In this document: positions 27,434-35,887 of the stretch, piece by piece | Numbering within the stretch: position 1 is the stretch's first letter | Layout: every line of letters begins with the position of its first letter | Origin: Candidatus Kuenenbacteria bacterium | GTDB taxonomy: Bacteria > Patescibacteriota > Patescibacteriia > UBA2196 > GWA2-42-15 | NCBI GenBank assembly: GCA_012798565.1 | Contig: JAAZMX010000040.1 | Location: forward strand, 1-47,393 | Direction: 5' to 3' | Length of the DNA: 47,393 nt | The notes under the pieces: generated by a model | Told to the model about the DNA's origin: nothing | The model's input: only the letters and a program-made list of their open reading frames with translations | Databases searched by the model: none | Translations under genes and position numbers: made by a program

Positions 27434-28852
27434 TTATCTGTTTAGTTTGTCAAAAATGATTTCCCCTTCCAAAATCATTCTCTTTACCAGCCTCCGGTCG
27501 TCGCCATTGGCGATGATCCGAAACACCCCGGGTTCGGTTTTGGAACCGCGAAAGAATAGCCAATTGTTTTGATTAAATAATATTTTGATACCGCTGTCCA
27601 CTCCTGGGGCGCTCTGAATTTTACGCCCTCTTTTTTTATAATACTCCCGAATCCTAGTTTTTAAAAGTCCGCTTTTGTCCCGCCTCGCCGTGACGATTTT
27701 TCGCTCCTCAAAAAACAGGGGATAGCCGGCGATTATTTCTTCCAATGTCTGTTTTCTTTCCGCCATCAGTTTCAAAACCAAAACCGCATTTAGAAGACCA
27801 TCACGACACTTGCCCGGTGCCACGATCACTCCGCCGTTGCTGCCTTCCCCGCCAACCAGGCTTTTTTGTTTTTCCATCTCCGCCACCACATTTGTTTCGC
27901 CGACATCTACTTCCTTGATCCTCGCCCCATACTTTTTGGTCACTTGATAAATCAAATGTGCTGTCGGCAGATTAATCACTATTGTCTCCTTCGGCCCAAG
28001 AGCGTCAATCGCCAGAGCCAGTGCTTCGTGTCCGTTGATCATATTGCCGCGTTCCTTGGCTATCTGACTCTCGCTTTTAATTAGCATCTCGGCTCGATCC
28101 GCATCACAGTCGAGACCCACGCCGAAATCCGCTTGTTCCTTGTTAATTACTGGAGTCAAATAAGCCAGTGTTTCTTTGTTCGGCACCACCAATCTCTTGA
28201 ACTGTCCGGGCCTCATATTCACGCCGACCATTTTCACCCCCAGTCTTTTGCAAAGCTTATCCGCTATTACCCCCCCGGCCCCGCCATTGGGATCAACCAG
28301 AATTTTATATTTTCCTTGTTTAATTTGTTGGGTTGCTTTTAGCCCGATGGTTTTCAAAATAAATTGAACATATTTATTTTTCAAATCTTCCGTTCGATTT
28401 ATTATCTTGCCGGGCTTTTTATTACCCCCAACATTTAGATTGCCGGCGCGCGCCAGTCTGATTACTATATCCGCTTGCTTTACCCCCAGAATCGCCCCGC
28501 TCGCTTGTAAAAGTTTCCAGCCGTTGTATTCCGGTTCGTTATGTGAGGCCGTGACTATTACCCCGCCTGTCGCCCGATACTCTCTGACCGCCAATTCAAT
28601 CATCGGCGTAGTCGCCACTCCGACATCAATCACCACAAATCCCAAACCGCGCCATTCCGCAATAAATATTCTTTTTAATATCCCGGTTGATTTTCTCGTG
28701 TCCCCGCCGACCACCACCCGGACTTTTCCTCTAAATTTATTTATCAAAAAAATGCCATAGGCTCTGGCATAATTTTGGGCTACTTCTTTGGTCAAGCTCG
28801 CTCCGTAAATACCGCGAATACCGGAAAGGGTTTCTACTAAAGTATCGTTCAT
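27434..28852 (-). CDS. alpha-D-phosphohexomutase (GlmM/PMM-like)
   Basis: SGIRG, GDTR, TASHNEPEYNG, DCDADR, GGEG, RGSKTEP. Confidence 0.9.
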   Translation of the reverse strand: MNDTLVETLSGIRGIYGASLTKEVAQNYARAYGIFLINKFRGKVRVVVGGDTRKSTGILKRIFIAEWRGLGFVVIDVGVATTPMIELAVREYRATGGVIVTASHNEPEYNGWKLLQASGAILGVKQADIVIRLARAGNLNVGGNKKPGKIINRTEDLKNKYVQFILKTIGLKATQQIKQGKYKILVDPNGGAGGVIADKLCKRLGVKMVGVNMRPGQFKRLVVPNKETLAYLTPVINKEQADFGVGLDCDADRAEMLIKSESQIAKERGNMINGHEALALAIDALGPKETIVINLPTAHLIYQVTKKYGARIKEVDVGETNVVAEMEKQKSLVGGEGSNGGVIVAPGKCRDGLLNAVLVLKLMAERKQTLEEIIAGYPLFFEERKIVTARRDKSGLLKTRIREYYKKRGRKIQSAPGVDSGIKILFNQNNWLFFRGSKTEPGVFRIIANGDDRRLVKRMILEGEIIFDKLNR

Positions 28853-28868
28853 AGATTAGAGAAATAAA

Positions 28869-28940
28869 AGGTGTAGGCGGGAATCGAACCCGCGAATAAC
28901 GGTTTTGCAGACCGTTGCCTTACCGCTTGGCTACTACACC
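28869..28940 (-). tRNA. tRNA-Cys(GCA), CCA not encoded
   Basis: GGTGTAG/CTACACC acceptor, GCA anticodon in CTGCAAA loop, GGTTCGATTCC, U73 discriminator. Confidence 0.95.
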
Positions 28941-28977
28941 ACTTCCATTTAATTTAATTTGGCGCTTGGCTTTAGCT

Positions 28978-29293
28978 GGTTCAATCGTCCTTCGATTGAA
29001 CCTAGATTTTATTTAATGGTCGCAAATTTTTATCCGTACCCAGTTCGGCCTCTGGAGCATTCCTTCTCGTCTAGCCGTTTACTTGGAGTATTTACTTTTC
29101 TTTTGTAAAAGAAAAGCTAACAAAAGAAAACTAGCTCGCATGGAGCTCAAAGGAAAATCTCTGCCTCCGTTCGCTTGAAAATTGTAGGGTACCCAGCTCA
29201 CACAAGATTTCCGCCCCCTACAATTTTCTAAGCCTCACTTTGGCTAGATTTTCTCTTTGTCACTCCAGATGCTCGCAGGGGCGCTGACTCGGT
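28978..29293. other. multi-hairpin intergenic element
   Basis: perfect stems GGTTCAATCG/CGATTGAACC (28978-29002) and GAAAATTGTAGGG/CCCTACAATTTTC (29177-29228), with GAAAATCT/AGATTTTC enclosing the latter. Confidence 0.5.
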
Positions 29294-29325
29294 AATTCTT
29301 ATTTTTCTGTGAAAGATGGCCCTAA

Positions 29326-29778
29326 TTATTTGTACAAATTCGGCAGTCCGTTTGGATATTTTTCTTTGATAGCTTCTAGATCTTGTTTGGTTGTCTCGGT
29401 CAATCTCAAATTTTCTATCTCTTCCAATCCTAGCCAATCAATCGCTTCGCATTTTTCCAGCTCGCAGATTTTTGCCTCGCCTGATTTTACCCTGCACAGA
29501 AATGTCGGTGAGACCCAATGCTGGCCTTCATCTGGAATTATATGATTACAGACATTCAAGAGTTCCACCGCTTCAATGATCAAGTCAAATTCTTCTTTTA
29601 TTTCTCGCGCCAAGGCATCTTCCACCCGCTCGCCAAATCTGACCCCGCCACCAGGGAAATCCCATTTGCCGGCCCCATTTCTGGCTTTGAGTCCGCGTTT
29701 GTTGAGAAAAATTTTTCCCTCCGGATTTACAATTACCGCCCCGACACCCACGCCAATATAGTCAACACCTTTTTGCAT
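29326..29778 (-). CDS. NUDIX hydrolase
   Basis: WDFPGG.V.FGE..EDALAREIKEE Nudix box. Confidence 0.9.
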   Translation of the reverse strand: MQKGVDYIGVGVGAVIVNPEGKIFLNKRGLKARNGAGKWDFPGGGVRFGERVEDALAREIKEEFDLIIEAVELLNVCNHIIPDEGQHWVSPTFLCRVKSGEAKICELEKCEAIDWLGLEEIENLRLTETTKQDLEAIKEKYPNGLPNLYK

Positions 29779-29843
29779 AAAATTATACTTTTTTAGCTAA
29801 TTTTATCCTACCTTAATTTCCGCCGAAATTCAAGGCTTGATTA

Positions 29844-29986
29844 TCCGCCCCTCCTCAGTTGCGTTTAAGTCTCCCGGTGGGAGACGGAACGGGATAAAGG
29901 GGTGGTGTTGGTAAATATTTCAACACCCCTCCCATTCACAAGACGCACTGCGTCTTATGAACCCCCGTCGTCTGAGGGAAGGCGGA
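29844..29986. repeat. nested-hairpin MITE/REP-like element
   Basis: ends TCCGCC..CCTCAG / CTGAGG..GGCGGA; inner stems GTCTCCC/GGGAGAC, GGTGTTG/CAACACC, AAGACGCA/TGCGTCTT. Confidence 0.65.
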
Positions 29987-30032
29987 ATACATTACAAAAC
30001 CCGCCCCGGAATCTTCGGAACGGGCTTCAAAA

Positions 30033-31016
30033 TTAAATTGCCTTTACCTTAATCTTTTCCAATTCTTTCTCTCTTGGTGGTTTTTTTAAGATTCCATGTT
30101 TGGCCCCCATTTGTGTCACCACACTATTAGAATTAAGCATGCCGAGCTGGAGTGATTTTCTGATGTTGCCCTTGTATAAAATTAATCCGCTGATAAACCC
30201 CGAACCAAAAGCATCGCCCGCACCCGTGGCATTGACCACTTTTTTGTCTAAAATATCTGCCCAGAGTATTTCCGGTCCGTTTTTCACCCAAGCGCCATTT
30301 TTGCCGCCAGTCACCACCACTGCCGCCTTATTGGCCAAACCGCTCAAAGACTCTAAAATTATTTTGATGTCCTTGGTTTTTATCCCGGTCAGTTTTTGCG
30401 CTTCTTTTATATTCAAAAATAAAACATCAGTTGCTCTGAGCATTTTTTTTAGCTTCAAGCTCCCCAACTCCAATTCCGCTCCGCCCGGATTCCAAGCGAT
30501 TTTGATTTTGTTCTTTTTAGCTACGGCAAATAATTGATTTAAAAGTTTTAGATTAGCATTGAGCGAAGTAATAAAGAACCAGTCAGCTTTGAGTTGATTG
30601 ACTTTGGTTGGGTTAAAATCAGCAAAGTCAGAGGCCCCGCGAAAAACCAAGGCTGTGCGCTCGCCATCTTTGTCCAAAAATATCACCGAGTAGCCCGTCT
30701 CTTCTTTTTTGTCAATTGTGATGAGCCTGGTGTCCACCTGGAATTTTTTCATGGTGGCGATTATTTCTTGGCCAGCCAAGTCCGCGCCCACCCTGGCGAG
30801 CAAGCTGGTTTTCACGCCCATATTGGCGAGCGTCGCCGCCACGTTGGTCCCGCCCCCGCCAATATCAAAATACATTTTTTTGATTTTGATTTTGTCGCCC
30901 ACTACCGCCGGATTAAATGGATGGCAGATCTTCGCGCCCTGGCAGGACATATCTTTATTTAAAATAAAAATATCCTTCAAAGCCGAGCCGATTGAAATAA
31001 CCTGGAATTTTTTCAT
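30033..31016 (-). CDS. PfkB/ribokinase-family carbohydrate kinase
   Basis: GGGGTNVA, VGADLAG, VVTGG.NG, NATGAGDAFGSG. Confidence 0.92.
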   Translation of the reverse strand: MKKFQVISIGSALKDIFILNKDMSCQGAKICHPFNPAVVGDKIKIKKMYFDIGGGGTNVAATLANMGVKTSLLARVGADLAGQEIIATMKKFQVDTRLITIDKKEETGYSVIFLDKDGERTALVFRGASDFADFNPTKVNQLKADWFFITSLNANLKLLNQLFAVAKKNKIKIAWNPGGAELELGSLKLKKMLRATDVLFLNIKEAQKLTGIKTKDIKIILESLSGLANKAAVVVTGGKNGAWVKNGPEILWADILDKKVVNATGAGDAFGSGFISGLILYKGNIRKSLQLGMLNSNSVVTQMGAKHGILKKPPREKELEKIKVKAI

Positions 31017-31020
31017 AAAG

Positions 31021-31056
31021 TAAGTAAATTAAGCGAGTTAAGTGAATTAAGTAAAT
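31021..31056. repeat. 9-mer tandem array
   Basis: TAAGTAAAT TAAGCGAGT TAAGTGAAT TAAGTAAAT. Confidence 0.7.
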
Positions 31057-31089
31057 CAAGATAATTATATCTTATTTTGTGGTAAAATC

Positions 31090-31121
31090 AAAAAAGCCCG
31101 AGACATCGTTCTTGGGCTTTT
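31090..31121 (-). terminator. intrinsic terminator
   Basis: AAAAGCCCGAGA..TCTTGGGCTTTT. Confidence 0.6.
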
Positions 31122-31149
31122 ATCATCCAACAATTTAACAATATAGAGT

Positions 31150-31893
31150 TTAGCAATTCAAATACTCTTCCATCTTTTTCACGTCATCCGGATTAGTGAA
31201 ACTTTTCCACTTGCCAGTCACGGGAATAACCCTTACTTTCTTTTCTTTAGCCAAAAGACTCACTGCGTCAGTCAATTCATATTCACCTCGGGGGGACAGC
31301 CCGATATTTTTTATGGCTGTAAAAATTTCCGGTGTGAATTTGTACATCCCAATGTTCACCGTATAATCCTTTGGTCGGCTGGCATCAAAATCAATATCCG
31401 GTTTTGGTTTTTCAATAATTCTGTCCAGAAAATTATCACCGTCAGTTTTCAATAAGCCATAAGGCGATGGATCATCAACCACCATGCCGCCGGCATAGTT
31501 AAAATTATCGTCCAGCTCTCGCATTCTTTTTAAATCTTCTTTCGCGTACAAATCATCGCCATTGATCACCACAAAGTTTTCTTGTCCCACCGCACTTTCT
31601 GCCGCCGCGACAGGCATGGCCGTGCCATATTTTTCCGTGCCCATTTTTTCAAACTGATCGACCAGCTGCAAATTAAATTGCTCGGCATAATCTCTAGCAA
31701 ATTCTGCCATTTTTTCTCTCTTGTGTCCGACTACCAAGATGATTTCCGCAAATCCGGCCGCCTGGATATTTTTGAGTGAATAATATAAAAAAGGACGGTC
31801 TTTCACGTCGATTAAATGTTTCGGTTTGTCCGCCGAGAGCTCGAGCATTCGTGTGCCCTTGCCCGCGGCCATGACGACAATTTTGTTGATCAT
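31150..31893 (-). CDS. sugar-phosphate nucleotidyltransferase (RmlA/GlmU N-domain-like)
   Basis: MAAGKGTRM..PK.L, GTA, NGD, EKP, SPRGEYELTDA. Confidence 0.9.
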   Translation of the reverse strand: MINKIVVMAAGKGTRMLELSADKPKHLIDVKDRPFLYYSLKNIQAAGFAEIILVVGHKREKMAEFARDYAEQFNLQLVDQFEKMGTEKYGTAMPVAAAESAVGQENFVVINGDDLYAKEDLKRMRELDDNFNYAGGMVVDDPSPYGLLKTDGDNFLDRIIEKPKPDIDFDASRPKDYTVNIGMYKFTPEIFTAIKNIGLSPRGEYELTDAVSLLAKEKKVRVIPVTGKWKSFTNPDDVKKMEEYLNC

Positions 31894-31904
31894 AAATTTT
31901 TTCG

Positions 31905-31944
31905 AACCCGTTAGCCCGTTAACGCGTTAACGCGCTAACGGGTT
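31905..31944. repeat. 40-bp palindrome built from five 8-mers
   Basis: AACCCGTT AGCCCGTT AACGCGTT AACGCGCT AACGGGTT. Confidence 0.85.
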
Positions 31945-31950
31945 AATCTA

Positions 31951-33000
31951 CTAAAATAATTTTTTGATTTGATTTAGCCCTCTCATCACTCTCATCATAT
32001 TATACCATCCCGGCCTTAATACATAATCCCACGTCCCCAAAAAGCGATATTCTGTCCCGCCAAAACCTTTTTTAAATCGGGTAATGCCGGCCCAGCTAGC
32101 ATTGTTTTCATTAGCGCCCCACAAGTCATAGAGCTGATAACCGTCACGCTTGGCGTCTTTGATTACCGTCCACTGTAAAAGATAATTGGCCATCAATTCT
32201 CGCCCTTCATTGGCCGAAGCGCCATGCAGATAAGTGGCTGTATTACCAAAATAAATTGCCAGAATTGTCGCCAACGGTTTGCCCTGATGCTCGGCAAAAT
32301 AAAGTTTTAATTTAATATTCTTATCGCCCGCTCCAAAATAGCCGATCAGCTTTTCATAATAATTCTTCTCATAAATTTTAATCCCATTTCTCTTGGCCGT
32401 CTCTTCTGACAACTTATAAAATGTATTGATTGGAAATTGGAAATTGGAAATTGGAAATTTTATTTTTATCTCCTTCTTTTCCGCCAGTCTGATATTATAT
32501 CTAGTTTTTGGATGCATCGCTTCTAGTAATTCTTCCTCGCTTTTGGTCAAATCAAGCAAAATAGTGCTTTCCGGTTCTTGACTATGGGTTAATATTTTAG
32601 GCGCCTGGAAACCGAGACGTTTAATAAATCCCGTCACGTATTCTTTGTATTCGTAAGGCGGGCAAGTGCGCAAAAATATTTTATCACCGACTTCACTTTG
32701 TAATTTTTTTAAAATTTCTCCATAAGCCAAGGCTCTTTTGTCCGAATAATCTTTGCGCCACACCAATCCGCGCGGGCAATATAAATAGTGTTGATTAAAG
32801 GGGAGAGATTTTTTTATGCCTTGAGCTACTATCCGGATTTCCTCGTCCTCTCTGACCACCCAGCGAGCCAATTCATAACCCAGAGCCTGCTTATTAAATT
32901 CGCCCCAATCCCAAGCTTGCAAAAAACTAGCCGGGCTGGTATTTTCGGCCACAAACTTGTCCCATTCGTCTTTATTTTGATAATTAGTGAGGATTTCCAT
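31951..33000 (-). CDS. FemABX / lipid II aminoacyltransferase family
   Basis: FLQAWDWG, YCPRG, TRYNIRLA.K, YLHGAS, YDLWG, GITRFKKGFGG. Confidence 0.92.
   Translation of the reverse strand: MEILTNYQNKDEWDKFVAENTSPASFLQAWDWGEFNKQALGYELARWVVREDEEIRIVAQGIKKSLPFNQHYLYCPRGLVWRKDYSDKRALAYGEILKKLQSEVGDKIFLRTCPPYEYKEYVTGFIKRLGFQAPKILTHSQEPESTILLDLTKSEEELLEAMHPKTRYNIRLAEKKEIKIKFPISNFQFPINTFYKLSEETAKRNGIKIYEKNYYEKLIGYFGAGDKNIKLKLYFAEHQGKPLATILAIYFGNTATYLHGASANEGRELMANYLLQWTVIKDAKRDGYQLYDLWGANENNASWAGITRFKKGFGGTEYRFLGTWDYVLRPGWYNMMRVMRGLNQIKKLF
32429..32456. repeat. ATTGGAA x4 inside femX CDS
   Basis: perfect 7-mer tandem, translated as FPISNFQFPI. Confidence 0.9.
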
Positions 33001-33007
33001 AATTTAA

Positions 33008-33069
33008 AGTATATTACTTTTAGGTTTTTTAAGCAAAATATTGACAAAAATTAATTTTTATGTAATAAT
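33008..33069. promoter_or_regulatory. back-to-back promoters (femX near-leaderless; orphan operon)
   Basis: minus TTGCTT-N17-TATACT 7 nt before ATG; plus TTGACA-N17-AATAAT. Confidence 0.55.
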
Positions 33070-33128
33070 TATGGGAATAAAAATAAACAGTAACTTTGAC
33101 AAAAGGACATCTAAAGGAGGTGATTTCT

Positions 33129-34307
33129 TTGTCTCGTCCAATGAACTGGCTCCGAAAGGGCCTCATTGCGCTGGTGGTCGGGTTGTTTTTATTTAACCAC
33201 CGGGCAGCCGTCGTCAAACAATACCGTGATAATACGCCAGTTTTAACGAGCGAGGAAATCACGGAATTGGTAGAAAAAGTAGACATGTCGTATAAGACGG
33301 CCAAGGAAAAAATAGCGGCTGGTACTTATACCCCGCTTGATTGGCAGCGGGACGTCTACTTTTGGCAGGTAAAAATCCTGCGACAAATGGGCGGCCAATA
33401 TAACGAAGAGAGATTCTTCGTTCTCGCCGGTCAAGCCCATGAGTATGCAGAAAAGCATTACTACCGGCCAAATGAGCAGGACAAACTTTCGGGTCTGCTT
33501 TTTCGCCAGGAAGTTAACCAGGCTCAAGCCCAGGTCTTGGCGGAAAATGGTGAACGGGTTGATTGGAGTAAAATACTCCAAAAATTACATCGTCTCATGC
33601 TAGTCTTCCTGCCGTATTCTTTGTTGATTATTCTTGTTCGCCGATCAACTAGATATAAATTGTGGCAGATTGTTTCGGCCGGGGACATCATCTGGATCAT
33701 AGTTGCTACCGGCCTGAGCATCTTTGGGGCCGTTGCTTACCGACCCGATAATTTCCTCCAGAAGCGCATTGATTCTCAATTGCAAATCTGGAAGGAGAAA
33801 ATCGGCGCGCATGGTTGGAGATTAGGCCTGGCGTATTTGGTAGCGATTGTTGTTTCCTTGGCCACCTTGATCCGCCCAGCTAAGTCACAAACCCAAATGG
33901 TGGTTGAGACAAAAATTGTTAGCATTGTTCCAGCCGATGCCGCTACCAATCAGGAAGAAGAATCCGATGAACAGATTGTTTTCTTCCCAGAAAAAATCGT
34001 CGGATTTTTGCGGAGAACCTTTGAGGAAGTCATGAGAGGGATTGAGATTATTGTTTTCAGTTTTTTCTTTCTCATGATCACCCAAACTTTTCCCCTGCCA
34101 CTGGAGTATGTCTGTGGTCTCTGGGCCAGGCCACCAGATGAAATTCGCTTTTGGATTGCTCGAGCCATTGGTTCTCGCGCTCCGGCTGATTTTGTCCTTG
34201 TTGCTAATTCACAAAGAACTTGGACAAAATTTTTTACAGGAGCATATTATGAGAACCAAAATGTTTTTTGTACTCGTCCTGGCAGTGGTTTCTTTTGTCA
34301 CTGCTAA
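33129..34307 (+). CDS. orphan multi-pass membrane protein
   Basis: SD AAGGAGGTG then TTG 33129; several TM helices; no recognised family. Confidence 0.6.
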   Translation: MSRPMNWLRKGLIALVVGLFLFNHRAAVVKQYRDNTPVLTSEEITELVEKVDMSYKTAKEKIAAGTYTPLDWQRDVYFWQVKILRQMGGQYNEERFFVLAGQAHEYAEKHYYRPNEQDKLSGLLFRQEVNQAQAQVLAENGERVDWSKILQKLHRLMLVFLPYSLLIILVRRSTRYKLWQIVSAGDIIWIIVATGLSIFGAVAYRPDNFLQKRIDSQLQIWKEKIGAHGWRLGLAYLVAIVVSLATLIRPAKSQTQMVVETKIVSIVPADAATNQEEESDEQIVFFPEKIVGFLRRTFEEVMRGIEIIVFSFFFLMITQTFPLPLEYVCGLWARPPDEIRFWIARAIGSRAPADFVLVANSQRTWTKFFTGAYYENQNVFCTRPGSGFFCHC

Positions 34308-34845
34308 AGATCAACTACAGCTGGGTTTTCATAACCAGCAAACTGGTTGGTCTCCCAAAATAACCCTGACCGCTGAGGTGGCCCCAAAAGTCACCCTATG
34401 GTTACGTCAGGGAATCGGTTGTTCTGACCCCGCTAGCTTGGCGGGATATGCCTTTCTCTCACGAGAAAAGGTCTGCGGCATTTTTTATGTTGGTCCGAGC
34501 GCCCAGAAGAATTTGCGCGTTAGTGCCATTCGTCTGGAGCTGGATCTGCGTTTTAAAATCGCCGACTTGTCGCCAAGTATCTGGTTGGGCTATGGCCTGA
34601 ACAAATTGGGTGGGCGAGACGATCTCGGCTTTTTATCAGCTTGTTTCTACAAGCCAGGGAATAAAAATTCCTTTGGCTACCGCCTTGATGGGGTTTTTCT
34701 CGCAAGCGGTCAGGAGCAGTTTGTGCGAGCCGGAGTCCTATGGAAATATCAATTTAACCAAGAACTTTCTCTTGTCTCCTGGTTGGGAGGCGAGCACAAG
34801 AGTAAATCTTGTGTTTTGAGAATTATGCTTGGTTGTAGTTTCTAA
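34249..34845 (+). CDS. secreted beta-rich protein, small beta-barrel-like
   Basis: SD AGGAG, signal peptide MRTKMFFVLVLAVVSFVTA, alternating strands, ends LGCSF. Confidence 0.6.
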   Translation: MRTKMFFVLVLAVVSFVTAKDQLQLGFHNQQTGWSPKITLTAEVAPKVTLWLRQGIGCSDPASLAGYAFLSREKVCGIFYVGPSAQKNLRVSAIRLELDLRFKIADLSPSIWLGYGLNKLGGRDDLGFLSACFYKPGNKNSFGYRLDGVFLASGQEQFVRAGVLWKYQFNQELSLVSWLGGEHKSKSCVLRIMLGCSF

Positions 34846-34856
34846 ATAAATCAACC

Positions 34857-34889
34857 CCCTCACGACCGGATATCGTGAGGGATTTTTTT
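34857..34889 (+). terminator. intrinsic terminator
   Basis: CCCTCACGA/TCGTGAGGG plus T7. Confidence 0.75.
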
Positions 34890-34924
34890 GTCTAAAAAAC
34901 CTTTTTGGGTTAGTATTAATATCA

Positions 34925-35126
34925 GTAGGGGCAGAAAATTTTCTGCCCTTAAAACCCCAGTGCTACTGTTGAACTGGGCACAAGATTTTGTGTGTAAGGT
35001 TGGTTCAGTTTTGCAAACTGAACCAGGGTATTATTCATAGCAGAAAACCAGTAAACCTATTTTGTTGGCCAAACCAATAGCTTAAGTTTTTAATAAATTT
35101 AAAGGTTCAAATTGCAAATTTGAACC
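34925..35126. repeat. cluster of REP-like palindromes
   Basis: GTAGGGGCAGAAAATTTTCTGCCC (34925), TGGTTCAGTTTTGCAAACTGAACCA (35001), GGTTCAAATTGCAAATTTGAACC (35104). Confidence 0.75.
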
Positions 35127-35147
35127 AACAAACGTTTATTTTTTAAC

Positions 35148-35735
35148 ATGCCCAAAAACTTCATCCCTCAAGACCAATATTTTAAAAAAGCCAAAGAACT
35201 GGGCTACCGCGCCAGGAGTGCTTTTAAATTAGCAGAACTGCAAGATAAATTCCATTTTTTAAAAACCGGCTTAGACGTTTTGGATTTAGGTGCCGCGCCA
35301 GGCAGCTGGCTCCAATATGCTGGCAAACTTGTGGGTCAAAACGCCACCCTGATCGGTTTGGATCTGCAATCAATTCAACCCATTGCCAAAAACACCAAAA
35401 CATTTGTGGTTGATATTTTTTCCGAGGAGGCTGTTAAATTGATTCAAAAGCACCACCCCAAACCTTTTTCAGTTATTCTTTCCGATCTCGCCCCAGCCAC
35501 TTCCGGCCAGAAAGAATTAGACCATTCTCGTTCGCTAGAATTAAGTCGTCAGGTTGTTGCCCTGGCGGAAAGATTTCTCGCTCCCCGTGGAACATTAGTC
35601 ATTAAAGTTTTCCAAGGCGGCGACTTCGATGCCTTTATCAAAGAGCTCAAAGGTCAATTTGGCCGGGTAGAGATCTATAAACCCAAAGCCAGCCGCGCTC
35701 GGAGCTTCGAAGTCTATGTTATTGCGAGAAGGTAG
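35148..35735 (+). CDS. rlmE: 23S rRNA Um2552 methyltransferase RlmE/FtsJ
   Basis: GYRARSAFKL, DLGAAPGSW, SDLAP, KVFQG, KPKASR..S.E. Confidence 0.95.
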   Translation: MPKNFIPQDQYFKKAKELGYRARSAFKLAELQDKFHFLKTGLDVLDLGAAPGSWLQYAGKLVGQNATLIGLDLQSIQPIAKNTKTFVVDIFSEEAVKLIQKHHPKPFSVILSDLAPATSGQKELDHSRSLELSRQVVALAERFLAPRGTLVIKVFQGGDFDAFIKELKGQFGRVEIYKPKASRARSFEVYVIARR

Positions 35736-35779
35736 ATAAGAGCATATAATGTTAGTGTGGTTACAGGGAGGGTATAATC

Positions 35780-35879
35780 AATTTTATAATTTTTAATTTT
35801 TAAATAAATCTTAAATCTAAATTTTTAAACATTAAAAATTAGAGTTTATTTAAAAATTAAAAATTGGAAATTAAAAATT
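35780..35879. repeat. 7-mer inverted repeat (AATTTTT type), no cargo
   Basis: AATTTTTAATTTTTAAATAAATC ... TTTATTTAAAAATTAAAAATTGGAAATTAAAAATT. Confidence 0.75.
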
Positions 35880-35887
35880 ATTAAAGT

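Noticed and set aside
34108..34248. Upstream extension of the 34845-ending ORF
   Set aside because: SD and signal peptide point to ATG 34249
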